From the NCBI GenBank assembly GCA_051313645.2, contig JBNRSN020000002.1, positions 519,684,001 to 519,748,000 on the forward strand: a stretch of 64,000 bases of DNA. Direction: 5' to 3'. Position numbers and translations under genes: made by a program. This document shows, in pieces, positions 50,065-62,389 of this stretch. The notes under the pieces are model-generated. The model was not told the DNA's origin, searched no databases, and saw nothing but the letters and a program-made list of their open reading frames with translations. The DNA is from Centroscyllium fabricii (lineage: Eukaryota). Numbering within the stretch: position 1 is the stretch's first letter; the number at the start of each line of letters is the position of its first letter.

Positions 50065-50194
50065 CTTTCAGAAAGTGGTTTGAGTGACGACGACCGGGTT
50101 GGTAGAGGTAGCGTGGCTGATCTCCTCTCGATGACCTCCGAGTCAATGGTGTCCATTGCACTTTTGGAACGAGGCACAATAGTCTGACTTTTCA
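50065..50194 (-). CDS. SORBS1: SORBS1 internal exon, 130 bp, phase 1-2: KSQTIVPRSKSAMDTIDSEVIERRSATLPLPTRSSSLKPLSE(R)
   Basis: Acceptor tttttgcAG and donor AG|GTAGAA. The VPRSKS...RSATLPLPxRSSSLK motif is characteristic of SORBS1. Confidence 0.9.
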
Positions 50195-51139
50195 CTGCAA
50201 AAAGTAGATCAAACTGGTTAGGGAAACATCAATGGCAGCGATACCCCTCTCCCCACCCTCTGGGGGCACGGCTGCTCAAGCCAGCGAGTAGCTGAGTTAG
50301 ACAGACCAAGATCTCAAGTTGCATCGCTGTCTGAATTGAGTTAGCTGATCGCCATTGGGCCGGCACTAGGGACATTATTATGGTCTCAGTGCAACTGGGT
50401 TAGAAAAAGAAAATTGTCCAAATTGCCAGCTCTTAATCACGAAGCAGTGACTCCTGCGGAAAGTGGGAATGCTGGGTGAGCACAGGCTGGCACTAGCCTG
50501 TTGTGCCCTCCACCACTGAGCTGCCTGTTTACTGTCTAGGCTCGTGGATGTAGAAAAGCCACTTAGGCTCGATTCTCCATGTGTGATGAGACTGTATTCC
50601 CACTTCAAGATAATCAGTTAGAGTCAGATGATTAACTCTGGACAATCGCTGTAAATAAGGAGGCCTCCCTTTGGCAGAGAGAGAGAGAGGAGTTCTGTAA
50701 TTGAGCCAAATAAAACAGTTCGTTTATTCTAATGAATAAACCTGTTTAAAAGCCAGGGGAAAGCGGAGGCCTGGTCTGATGATACCATGGAAATCGAGCC
50801 ACAGCAAGGAGTCAACGCCTTATGGAAACAAGGAAAGGAAGACAACAGGCCAGTGGAAAACAGGAGGGGGAAACAAAGGCATGGCCGAGTTCCCGATTGT
50901 AACAGACCAAAGACAGATTGTAGCTCCGTACTGGAGCTCCGCTCGGTGCTGTCCAACTCAGCAGATCAACCAGTACAAAACATGACAGGTAACATGCCCA
51001 GATTTTCAGGAGTTGCCCGTGTGCTGTCCCCTTTTAAATCAAGGTGGGGATACAGGTTTGCAAAGAAAGTTTGAGTCATGGCCTGCATCACTAATTTCTT
51101 CAAGCTTTGTTTCCCAATTTGCTCCCCTATTCTGAAAAC

Positions 51140-52292
51140 ACCGACTCTCGCTGGGGTTCGGGTCCACGGATCCTCACCGACTCTCAATGGGGTTCGGGTC
51201 CACGGATCCTCACTGACTCTCACTGGGGTTCGGTTCCATTGATCCTCACCGACTCTCACTGGGGTTCGGTTCCATTGATCCTCACCGACGCTCACTGGGG
51301 TTCGGTTCCATTGATCCTCACCGACTCTCACTGGGGTTCGGGTCCACGGATCCTCACCGACTCTCACTGGGGTTCGGGTCCACGGATCCTCACCGACTCT
51401 CACTGGGGTTCGGGTCCACAGATCCTCACCGACTCTCACTTGGTTCGGGTCCATGGATCCTCACTGACTCTCACTGGGGTTCGGGTCCATTGATCCTCAC
51501 CGACTCTCACTGGGGTTCGGTTCCATTGATCCTCACCGACTCTCACTGGGGTTCGGGTCCACGGATCCTCACCGACTCTCACTGGGGTTCGGGTCCACGG
51601 ATCCTCACCGACTCTCACTGGGGTTCGGGTCCATGGATCCTCACTGACTCTCACTGGGGTTCGGGTCCATTGATCCTCACCGTCTCTCACTAGGGTTTGG
51701 TTCCAGGGATCCTCACCGACTCTCACTGGGGTTCGGTTCCATTGATCCTTACCGACTCTCACTGGGGTTCGGGTCCACGGATCCTCACTGACTCTCATTG
51801 GGGTTCAGTTCCATGGATCCTCACCGACTCTCGTTGAGGTTTGGGTCCACGGATCTTCACCGATACCCTCACTGGGGTTCGGTTCCAGGGATCCTCACTG
51901 ACTCTCACTGGGGTTCGGGTCCACGGATCCTCACCGACTCTCACTGGGGTTCGGGCCCACGGATCCTCACCGACTCTCACTGGGATTCAGTTCCATTGAT
52001 CCTCACTGACTCTCACTGGGGTTCGGGTCCATTGATCCTCACCGACTCTCACTGGGGTTCAGTTCCATTGATCCTCACCGACTCTCACTGGGGTTTGGGT
52101 CCATGGATCCCCACTGACTCTCGTTGGGGTTCAGTTCCATGAATCCTCACCGACTCTCTTTGAGGTTCGGGTCCACGGATCTTCACCGATACCCTCACTG
52201 GGGTTCGGTTCCAGGGATCCTCACCGACTCTCACTGGGGTTCGGGTCCACGGATCCTCACCGACTCTCACTGGGGTTCGGGCCCACGGATCC
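51140..52292. repeat. 36-bp minisatellite (ccgactctcactggggttcgggtccacggatcctca)
   Basis: About 32 units visible. Confidence 0.95.
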
Positions 52293-52908
52293 CAGAATGC
52301 CCCCAATACTCTTGCTGGCATGGACATCCTTCACGTGTGGACCTACACAAGGTTCAGCATGGCACTCAACCACTGCAGACCTGGTCCTGTCTCCACCTGA
52401 TGTCCAGCACATCCATATCCTGCATGGATCGCTGGATAGCGAGATGGAGTAAACTGGCTCTCACCTAGCCGGAGGCCCAGAGGCTGTCGAACTACTGCCC
52501 CAGCTAAGATCAGCTAACAGCACAAACCAAGGATCAATCCTGATGTGTATAGCTTGGTATCACTTTCTTGTAGCAGACTGAACAGGATTTGCTGAGCACA
52601 CTTGCATCATCTAATCTAAACACAAGTGGCCAATGGGATCACTCCAATCTAGGACAGTTAGATGTTTGGGTCATATCCAATCTTCTTACTCTAGATTACT
52701 TCAGCTCTCGTATCTTAGGTCACTCTCATGGATGTGTCGCAGCTCCCCAGACCTTCGAGAGTATCTATTCTTGCCGTGACAGTGAGGTCAGCTTTGGCTA
52801 TTGTGCCCACAAAATATACAGCAAACTCTGTCTGGAGATTGCTTTCATCAACTGGACTCATCCTAGGCCTCCAAAAGGTCTTTGAAAATAGCAGAACACC
52901 ACACAGCA

Positions 52909-53037
52909 AAAGCAAAATACTGCGGATGCTGGAAATCTGAAATCGGGAAAGGTCATTGACCGGAAACGTTAATTCTGTTTCTCTCTCCACAGATGCTGCC
53001 TGACCTGAGTATTTCCAGCATTTTCTGTTTTTATATT
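52909..53037. mobile_element. Fragment of a second Penelope-like family with a partial hammerhead
   Basis: acagca on both sides, partly inverted ends (atgctggaaat / atttccagcat), and ggtca-t-tgacc-g-GAAAC-GTT without CUGANGA. Confidence 0.55.
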
Positions 53038-53355
53038 ACAGCATCACATAGACCCTATTTTAAGTTTAAAATATCAAATGAATTTATTTTAACAAGCTCA
53101 TAACCAACAGTAACATAGATTTATATTTACAGTAGGCATTCTTCTACCAAATTCCTCTAGTGGACAAATATTTTTTTTTTTTTAAATTTCAACTCTGAGA
53201 ACAAAATCAACTCTTTCTAAATAACTTTTAAATAAGAGTGTTTCTTTTCCTACATTTTTTTACCACTGTGAAAACCTAATCAATCTAAATTGCTGCTTGG
53301 AAATTCACTTATTTGTTCCTTTTCTGAGATTTTTATTTTTTTTATTTTTTTAATA

Positions 53356-53883
53356 CAGGTTGTGCACCATTAATCCGCCACGGGCGGGACCAGGCCCGTG
53401 CCGGGAAATGGAAAAAACCGGGAGAACGAGTTTGGACACTGCGCATGCGCACCAGTCAAAATGGCCACGCGCATGCGCGCATTGCGATTGGCTAGCGCGC
53501 ACATGCGCAGATCGGGCCCGGTTCCGCCGTCCCTCTCCATCGCCTTTGGGGTTGCTGCTGCCGCCGAGCGGGACTCAGGCTGACAGCTGTTGCCTAGTGA
53601 CTGTCCGCCTCAGTCACGGGGCTCAGCTGTCGAGAAAATAACCGGCGGCCGTATTGAATTATCTGCGCATGCGCTAACCGTCCGGTGACGCATGCGCAGA
53701 TCATTCAAAACACCCGCAGCTGTTTTGAATGATCTGCGCATGCGCTCGGCGCATGCGCAGATCATTCGCTGAAGCCACGATGGCGGCTGCCATTTTGCGC
53801 ATGCGCAGTGCAGTCGGGGCAATTTGTGCCGGCAGACTGAAGCTGCCGGCTATTCGGGACACGGATTTTCGGTGCACAACCTG
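53356..53883. mobile_element. Tigger/pogo-type MITE
   Basis: TIRs caggttgtgcacc / ggtgcacaacctg, TA flanks, near-identical to 32224 without its insertion. Confidence 0.92.
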
Positions 53884-53923
53884 TATAAACAAAATTGGTC
53901 ATTTACATCCCAGGAGAGAGTGA

Positions 53924-54313
53924 GTCTCATCGAAACTTATAAAATTCTGACAGGTCTGGACAGACTAGACACAGGAAGAATGTTCCTGATGGTCGGAGAG
54001 TCCAGAACCAGGGGTCACAGTCTAAGGATAAGGGGTAAGCCATTTAGGACAGAGATGAGGAGGAATTTCTTCACCCAGAGAGTGGTGAACCTGTGGAATT
54101 CTCTACCACAGAATGTAGTTGAGGCCAAGCCATTAAATATATTCAAGAGGGAGTTAGATATAGTTCTTAGAGCTAAAGGGATCAAGGGATATGGGGAGAA
54201 GGCATGGACAGGGTACTGAGTTTGGATGATCAGCCATGATCTCATCGAATGGTGGAGCAGGCTCGAGGGGCCGAATGGCCGACTCCTGCTCTTATCGTCT
54301 ATGTTTCTATGTT
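53924..54313 (+). mobile_element. CR1 3' fragment
   Basis: LIETYKILTGLDRLD...FFTQRVV plus 3' UTR. Confidence 0.88.
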
Positions 54314-54498
54314 ACTGGGACTTTATCTGATCACTCAAACTTGAAAAGATGTTCCAAGCACAGCGCATTGCTACTGTCGCTCCAGACCGTCACTTGCGAC
54401 ACTGTGTTGGTGTAGGGTTTGCTCAGTTGCTCTTAGGCAGTGTTCCTAGCACATGGGAGACATTGGTAAGGCCATGTTTATTTGGTCAAAAGGACCGT

Positions 54499-57400
54499 TG
54501 TGGCGGCACGCCCACTGGGACACCGAATCCGCCACGGGAACTCCGCGGAGCAGAGCCCCGCTCATCCGGGTGACGCGACGACATCACCACGTCTGCCGAC
54601 GTGATGACGTCACCAACCGCGGGACTGTTTAAATATGCTTGTTGCAAGTGGTTCAGTCTCTTTCTTGTTTAGGTCTCGTGTATTAAAGTTGTGTTTTCGC
54701 TAGCTCTGGCTCACGTGTGGTTCCTAGGCCTTGCCGGCGCTACAGTGGTGACCCCGAATTGGAACGACTTCCAAAGAAGAAAAGCTGCCGCAGGATCTGG
54801 GACCATCAGCCAAAGAACTTTTTAAACAGAAAACATGGCAAGACCAAGGAACCAAGCTCCACGAACGCAAGGACTTGGCCAGAACGTCGGACGTGGACTA
54901 ACTCTACCCGAGTTCTGGGAGCAACGGCCAGCGGCCTGGTTTATGTGCATCGAGACCAGCTGCCGCACACATGGCATCCAGGGGGACGACCGCTACGACC
55001 TGGTGTTCTCAGCCCTACCGCAGGCGACGATCGATCGGATGTGGTCAAAAATACAGCGTGTGCCCACTTCAGGCAGGTACGAATCCCTCAAGGCCGCGCT
55101 TATAATTTTTTTTACCCCCTCTCAATTTGAGCGCGACTGCCAGCTCCTCGACCTCCCCGAACTCGGGGACGCAGACCCATCGGACCTCTTAGGTCAGATG
55201 CAGGCGCTCACACCCAATCCGGCCTCCCTCTTCCGCACCGTCTTCCTCCTTAAACTGCCCCGCTCCATCAGACCGGCCTTGGCGGCCCTTGGCCAACGGA
55301 GCGATGACGAGCTCACGGAGGAAGCCGACAGGCTCATGGAGGCGCAGCGCACCCGCTCAACCACGTGCGACCCTAACTCCGCATCGGTAGAGCGCAGCCA
55401 ATCACCCCCCAGGCCTAACTTTACGCCTGAACCTAGGGCCCCGCGCCCACCTAGGCAACCGCGTCCCTCTAGCACCGGCTGGTGCTACTACCACACGCGG
55501 TTCGATAACAAAGCGCACCGCTGCGTCCAGCCATGCGCGTTCAAGCCACGGCCCAACTCAGCCCCCACCATGTCTGTAGGCCACACAGGAGCACTGCTCT
55601 TTGTTACAGACAGAGGCACAGGCCTTAGGTTCCTCTGCGACACAGGCGCGCAGCACAGCATCGTGCCAGCCTCCCCTGCAGAAACCAAACAAGGCACCCG
55701 GGGCCCGCCACTAGCAGCGGCCAACGGCTCCAGTATTAAAACGTACGGCACCCGCAAGCTTACTATTACACTTGCAAGCCACACGTACACCTGGGATTTC
55801 GTCACAGCCCAGGTCACATCGCCCCTCCTCGGGGCAGATTTCCTCTGCGCCTACGGCCTACTGGTCGACGTAACCCGGCGCCGCCTGGTCAACATGAATA
55901 CCATGACGACCATCCCATGCTCCACAGGGCCCGCACTCCTGGCCAACGCGGCCGCCCAATGCCGCTCTCGGAACTCAGATGCCTACGGCACACTACTCGC
56001 AGAGTTCCCCACCCTAACCAACCCCACGTTCACCGCCCGACAGGCCAAACACGGGGTGGAACACTTTATAACGACCACAGGCCCTCCCGTCCATGCCCAC
56101 GCCCGTAGGCTCGACCCGGCCAAGCAGGAGATCGCGCGCACCGAGTTCCGCACCATGGAGCAACTCGGTATTATCCGCCGCTCCAACAGCCCCTGGGCCT
56201 CTCCTCTCCACATAGCCCCCAAGCCCGACGGAGGTTGGCGCCCCTGCGGCGACTACCGCCGCCTAAACAACGCCACTACCCCGGATAGGTACCCCGTACC
56301 CCACATCCAGGATTTTTCCGCCAGATTAGCGGGCTGTACGATCTTTTCCAAGATCGACCTGGTGCGTGGCTACCACCAGGTTCCGGTGCACCCGGCGGAC
56401 ATTCCTAAAACGGCCGTTATCACCCCCTTCGGGCTCTTCGAGTTCCTCAGGATGCCCTTCGGCCTTAAAAACGCGGCCCAGGCCTTCCAGCGCCTCATGG
56501 ACTCGGTCCTACGGGACTTGAAGTTCATTTTCGTCTATTTAGACGACATCCTCGTGGCCAGCACCTCCCCCCAGGAACACCTTCTGCACCTCAGGACCCT
56601 GTTCCAGCGCCTGGCCGAACACGGCCTTATATTAAGCCCCACCAAGTGCAAATTCGGCCTCGATACTATTGACTTCCTCGGCCACCGCATTTCCCAAACA
56701 GGGGCCATACCCCTGCCCTCCAAGGTGCAGGCGGTACAGGAATTCCCCCGCCCGCACTCCATTAAAGGGCTGCAGGAATTCCTAGGCATGGTTAATTTTT
56801 ATAACCGCTTTATCCCGGGAGCAGCCGCTCTCATGGCCCCCTTATACCAGGCCACCCGCGGGCAGTCCAACAAGGCTGCGGTAGAGTGGACGGCCGACGC
56901 CGCCACCGCCTTCACCGCAACTAAAACCGCCCTGGCAAACGCCACCCTCCTAGCCCACCCTAGGCCCAACGCCAGAGTAGCCGACGCCTCCGACCACGCG
57001 GTCGGGGCCGTATTTGAGCAGTGGACCGGCAACTCTTGGCAGCCCCTGGCCTTTTTCAGCCGGCAACTGCGACCCCCAGAGGTTAAGTACAGCGCCTTCG
57101 ATAGGGAGCTACTCGCTCTCCATCTGGCAGTGCGACATTTTCGTTTCCTCCTGGAGGGCCGCCACGTTACAGCCTTCGTCGACCATAAGCCGCTCACGTT
57201 TGCGATGGCGAAGGTCGCCGAACCCTGGTCGGCCAGGCAGCAGCGCCAACTCGCGGCCGTGTCGGAATTTACTACCGACATCCAACACATTTCCGGCCGC
57301 GACAACGTGGTCGCTGACTGCCTCTCACGCCCCACCATTAACGCCGTCCAAATGGCGGTCGATTACGCCCAGCTGGCCGCTGACTAGCTGGCTGACCCTG

Positions 57401-58941
57401 ACCTGCTCAATGCAGCAGCAAATCTCCCTGGCCTCCGCTTGGCCAAAATCGCGCACGGCCCCGCCGCCACCGTCGTCTGCTGCGACGTATCCCTACCGCA
57501 GCCCAGGCCCGTCATCCCCCACGCTTGGAGGTGACACATATTTAGGACCCTCCATGACCTGTCCCACCTCGGCACCCGCGCGTCTATTAAATTAATCTCG
57601 GCCCGGTTCGTATGGCGCGGCCTGCGCAAGGACGTTCGCGCCTGGGCCAGCTCATGCATTGCCTGCCAGCGCTCCAAAGTGCATAAGCACATCAGGGCAC
57701 CGCTGGAAACTTTTAGAGTACCGGCCAGACGCTTTGACCACGTCCACGTTGATCTCGTCGGGCCACTACCGCCATCCCGGGGCCACACGCACGTTATGAC
57801 CATGGTCGACCGCAACACTCGCTGGCCAGAAGCAGTCCCCCTCACCGCCACCGGCACCACGGACTTGGCCAGGGCGTTCATCGCCACCTGGGTCGCCCGC
57901 TTCGGCGTGCCTACCGACATCACCTCTGACAGAGGACCCCAGTTTACGTCGGCATTATGGGCGGCCAACGCCCGCGACCTCGGGGTAACGCTACATCGAA
58001 CCACCGCATACCACCCACAAGCGAACGGGCTATGCGAACGGTTCCACCGCTCAATGAAGGCATCGCTACGGGCCACACTCAAGGACGCGTCGTGGACCGA
58101 CCGCCTTCCATGGGTTCTCCTCGGGCTGCGCTCGGCAGTTAAGGAAGACCTAAACGCCTCGGCAGCAGAACTCGTCTACGGCCAAACATTAACAGTGCCG
58201 GGCGAGTTCCTAGCCGAGCCCAACGCTCCCTGGTCAGCCGACCAGTATTTAAAAGACTTCGCCAATCCGGCACGAGCTTTCCAGCCACTACCAGTGGCCC
58301 GGCACGGAGAGCCGGCAGCTCGGGTGCCGGACGGCATCAAAAACGCAAAATTCGTGTTCGTCCGGCGTGACGGACACCGATCTCCACTACAGCCACCGTA
58401 CGATGGCCCCTACAGAGTGCTTCGGGCGGGAGCTAAAGCTTTTGAACTACAAATGGGCAATAGAACTGAAACGGTGACAATAGACCGGCTCAAGCCGGCA
58501 CACGTTATAGCAGGCGAGACGACTGTCCCCGCACAACCACCACAACACGGTCGCCCTCCCGCAACAAAACCCGCCCACACTCCACCGCAGAACCAGAAGC
58601 AACAGGCAACACGGTCCGGCCGCATTATCCGGCCACCACAACGGCTCACATAGACTCTTTCACTATTCCTCCCGCACGGATTCTGGGGGGAGCTGTGTGG
58701 CGGCACGCCCACTGGGACACCGAATCCGCCACGGGAACTCCGCGGAGCAGAGCCCCGCTCATCCGGGTGACGCGACGACGTCACCACGTCTGCCGACGCG
58801 ATGACGTCACCAACCGCGGGACTGTTTAAATATGCTTGTTGCGAGTGGTTCAGTCTCTTTCTTGTTTAGGTCTCGTGTATTAAAGTTGTGTTTTCTCTAG
58901 CTCTGGCTCACGTGTGGTTCCTAGGCCTTGCCGGCGCTACA
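54499..58941 (+). mobile_element. Gypsy LTR retrotransposon, CsRn1 clade, structurally complete; LTRs 54499-54744 and 58696-58941
   Basis: 246-bp TG...CA LTRs with 4 differences seen, perfect ccgt TSD, PBS tggtgaccccga (tRNA-Trp type), PPT before the 3' LTR, gag CHCC motif CYYH-x9-C-x3-C. Confidence 0.97.
54835..58653 (+). pseudogene. gag-pol polyprotein in a single frame with two premature stops (57385-57387 and ~57532)
   Basis: ORFs 54835-57387 and 57679-58653 share a frame. DTGA protease, YLDD RT, DAS RNase H, HVDLVGP/SDRG integrase, GPY motif. Confidence 0.92.
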
Positions 58942-59034
58942 CCGTTGTACATCTGAGCAGCTCACTGACGTCAACCCAGTACTGTGGGGGGCTAGTGTCA
59001 CGTTAGTCAGACCAGGTAGGGGCGTCAGATTACA

Positions 59035-59320
59035 TTAGAACAAAAGAAATAGGAGGAGTCGGCCATTTGGCCCCTCGAGCCTGCTCCGCCACTCAATGAG
59101 ATCATGGCTGATCTTTGACCTCAATTCCACCTTCCCGCCCTATCCCCATATCCCTTAGTTTCCTTAGTATCCAAAGATCTATCGATCTCGGTCTTGAATA
59201 TAATTAACGACTGATTCTCTTCCCCAAAGGGCACGAGTGAGCCATGATATCATCAAATGGTGGAGCTGGCTCGAGGGGCCGAATGGCCGACTCCTGCTCC
59301 TATCTTCTATGTTTCTGTGT
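59035..59320. mobile_element. Two short CR1 3'-end fragments in opposite orientation
   Basis: The ctcgaggggccgaatggcc tail motif appears on both strands. Confidence 0.7.
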
Positions 59321-59420
59321 TACTGGAACTTCCTGTTTTGGAATATCTGTTCCTATGTTTAGCTGGATCCTTTCTAGTTGCAATAATGGTTTGCAGTTTA
59401 TGTGAAAGCATGATACTCAC

Positions 59421-59468
59421 GGTCTTCAGAATAAAGGTACCGTGGGGAATAGTACTCCAAGTCGTCAT
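59421..59468 (-). CDS. SORBS1: SORBS1 internal exon, 48 bp, phase 1-1: (D)DDLEYYSPRYLYSED(L)
   Basis: Acceptor ctttactttcAG and donor GTGAGT. Resembles SORBS1 DDDSDLYSPRYSFSED. Phases fit both neighbours. Confidence 0.85.
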
Positions 59469-59934
59469 CTGAAAGTAAAGCACATGATATGAGAAGACCA
59501 ACCTCAGACAGTTAGTTTTAGCATTTCACACACGTTCCTGACCAACTGCTCAGTGGGCACAGATTGTCCTTCGATCGCCAACGCTGAGCTTCAGGGTAAC
59601 ATTTGGAAATTGGCCTTTCCTGTCCACTTCAAACTCTGGAGTTCTGTGAAATGTGTGTGAATTATCCTGACGCACGGTCTGATGTGCGGAGTTAGACACA
59701 TAGTTAGAAGGAGAAGTTGCACTCTTGAATCCAACCCCAGCACAGAGTTTTGCCTCATTCAATGTTGGGCTGAACAGTCAGCTTTTGCGTGGAGTTTTCA
59801 GAAGCTTCTAAAAATGTGCACTTCCGGAGCAAGACCTCCTCCGTCAAAACACATCTTTTGGAAAATTGGCTCTCAGGCCATCTTTTCTGCTTCTTTCCGT
59901 GCCTGATGATATGCCGGAATTACGAATATTTATA

Positions 59935-60349
59935 CAGGTACACAATCCTTTATCCGCTACTCCGAAAACCAAAAACCGAAATTGCAAATGACCAGAGTTG
60001 CGCGCGAAATATGACCCGGCGCTCAGGCCACGACAGCCCCGATGCTCCCGGCCACGCAGGCCCCGGTACCCGGCCCCCGATGCTCCCAGCACCCGACAGC
60101 CCTGATGCTCCCGGCACCCGACGGCCCCGATGCTCCCGGCACCCGACCGCTGATCTCTGATATTTTTACAAATAAACTTTACTAGAGTATTTATAAACTG
60201 CTTATAGTCTTTATTTATGCCACTTTGTGAATATTCACAAGGTTCATGCAGAAATATTAATGTTAATGTGACCATTCCGAAAACCGAAAATATCCGAAAT
60301 CCGATAACCGTCCGGTGCCAAGGTTTTCGGATAAAGGATTGTGTACCTG
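59935..60349. mobile_element. Tigger/pogo-type MITE (different family) with internal ~27-bp GC-rich repeats
   Basis: TIRs caggtacacaatcctttatccg / cggataaaggattgtgtacctg, TA flanks. Confidence 0.9.
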
Positions 60350-60544
60350 TATTGGGCATAAGCTTTTCAATGAATTTTCGTCTGCAATCCTCAGTGCTGA
60401 AGCCATGATTCCACTCTGCCCCACCCACCTGCTCCAAACCCAACATGCCCCTCTCCGCCCCCCACCCCCCACCCCGGTATTGGACTTGGTATAAAGTCAG
60501 CAGCCAGGTTCGGCTGGAAGTTTAACTGTCCAAGCTTACTTCAT

Positions 60545-61300
60545 TCATAGAATCTTACAGCTCAGGAGGAGGCCATTCGGCCCATCGTGCCTGTGCCGGC
60601 TCTTTGGGTCAAGCTCTCCAATTAGTCCCACTCGCCCCCGCTCTTTTCCCAAAGCCCTGCAAATTTCTCCTCTTCAAGTATTTATACAATTCCTTTTTCA
60701 AAATTATTATTGAATCTGCTTCCACCGCCCTTTCAGGCAGCGCGTTCCAGATCACAACAACTTGCTGCGGAAAAAGTGTCGCCTCGTCTCACCTCTGGTT
60801 CTTTTGCCAATGATCGTCAATCTGTGTCCTCTGGTCACCAACCCTCCTGCCACTGGACACGGTTTCTCCCCATCGACTCTATCAAAACCCTTCACGATTT
60901 TGAACACCTCTACAGGTTAAGCACCGTTAATCCGGACACCGGTAGTCCGGCAACTTCAGTCGTCCGGAACGAAACCGGCTGACTGGTGTGCACATGCGCA
61001 AAATGGCCACCGCGCTTGGCTGCGCATGCCCGGGCCTCCCCGAACGATTGATGTTTCGGCGAGCGCATGCGCAGACCACTCAAAATGGCTGCCGGCCTTT
61101 CGCGACGGCCATTTTTAATGGTCCGCGCATGCGCTCGCCAAAGCTTCACTCGTTCGGCTTTTTCAGTAATCCAGCACGGGCTGGTCCCGACCGTGCCAGA
61201 TTAACGGTGCTCAACCTGTATTAAATATCCAGTTAACCTTCTCTGCTCCGAGCAGAACAACCCCAGCTTCTCCAGTCTCTCCACACAACTGAAGTCCCGC
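60545..61300 (-). mobile_element. CR1 3' fragment interrupted by a MITE
   Basis: Similar to 36355-37150; resumes after 61218. Confidence 0.75.
60913..61218. mobile_element. Tigger/pogo-type MITE, short variant
   Basis: TIRs caggtt(a)agcaccgttaatc / gattaacggtgctcaacctg, TA flanks. Confidence 0.9.
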
Positions 61301-61505
61301 AACAGTGGTACTGAGCGACTGGGGAGCAGGACGCCACATGACAACAAACCTTTCATCGTCAGAAGCTACTGCCAGAGTCAAGAGCATGTTTGCATTGAGG
61401 CAACAGCTTCTGGTCACAGAGCAAAGGAAATTCTTGGGTTGTCAACTCCAGAGGCACACAAGAACTCCAGAGGCACACAAGAAGGCCAAAAAGAGAAAAA
61501 GGTAC

Positions 61506-61568
61506 CTTCCAGAATATCTCTCTTAGCAACCTCTGAGAAGACATAGGTTGGGGTGTAAGTGTCCTTTT
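61506..61568 (-). CDS. SORBS1: SORBS1 internal exon, 63 bp, phase 1-1: (x)KDTYTPTYVFSEVAKRDILE(D)
   Basis: Acceptor ttctttcctAG and donor GAAG|GTacc on the minus strand. YTPTYxF matches the motif I recall from mammalian SORBS1 just after the SoHo domain. Joins in frame to the next exon. Confidence 0.75.
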
Positions 61569-61956
61569 CTAGGAAAGAAATGGAAAGAAGGAACTAAGAT
61601 GGATGAGGAGAACAAGCAACAAAATAAAAGGATGGATAATCAACAGAAAAGGTCACACAGAAAAGCTGCAATAAATTGCATTGAAAGATGAGACTTTGAG
61701 ACCCGGGCCTGTTCCAACATGGAGCCTGCACTGAAAATATTTCTCCTCTTGCTCTCCTGAAGCCAAGGATTTTTTTTACTGGATACAGTTCCACAATGCT
61801 CTGGTGCAAAGTGACCATTCTTCATATGTGAGGAGGCGACTGAGCTGCGAGGGGACCTCCCAGCCAAGCCCAGTCCTCACCTCACCCACCACCCACATTC
61901 AAACAAGGGGCCACTGGGATAGATCCCGTAAATTGGAACCCGGCCATGGTTTCACA

Positions 61957-62342
61957 GATACATAGAAGATAGGAGCAGGAGATTCGGCCCTTCGAGCCTG
62001 CTCCGCCATTTTGATGAGATCATGGCTGATCATCCAAACCCAGCACCCCCCCTCCTACCCTCTCCCCATATGCCCCGACACCCCCAACTCTAAGAACTAT
62101 ATCTCACACACATACTCATGGGCAATTTTTAGTATCTCCAATTCACCTAACCTGCATGTCTTTGGGTGGTGGGAGGAAACCGGAGTACCCGGAGGAAACC
62201 CACACGAACACAGGGAGAACATGCAAACTCCACGCAGAGAGGTCCCCGGGCCAAGCAGGATTAGAATCCAGGAGCTCCTTATTGCGAGGCAGCAGTGCTA
62301 ACCACTGCGCCACCGTGTCGTCCACTGCGCCACCGTGTCATC
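61957..62342 (-). mobile_element. V-SINE/HE1-like SINE
   Basis: tRNA-like head, V-like body, CR1-type tail. Confidence 0.85.
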
Positions 62343-62389
62343 CGTTTCCTTTCTCAGCCCAGAGACATGGAGATCAACTGTAGAGCTAA

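Noticed and set aside
59550-59810. Possible extra SORBS1 exon near ORF 59550-59762
   Set aside because: Candidate acceptors lead to in-frame stops or mismatched phase, and I found no convincing donor or homology.
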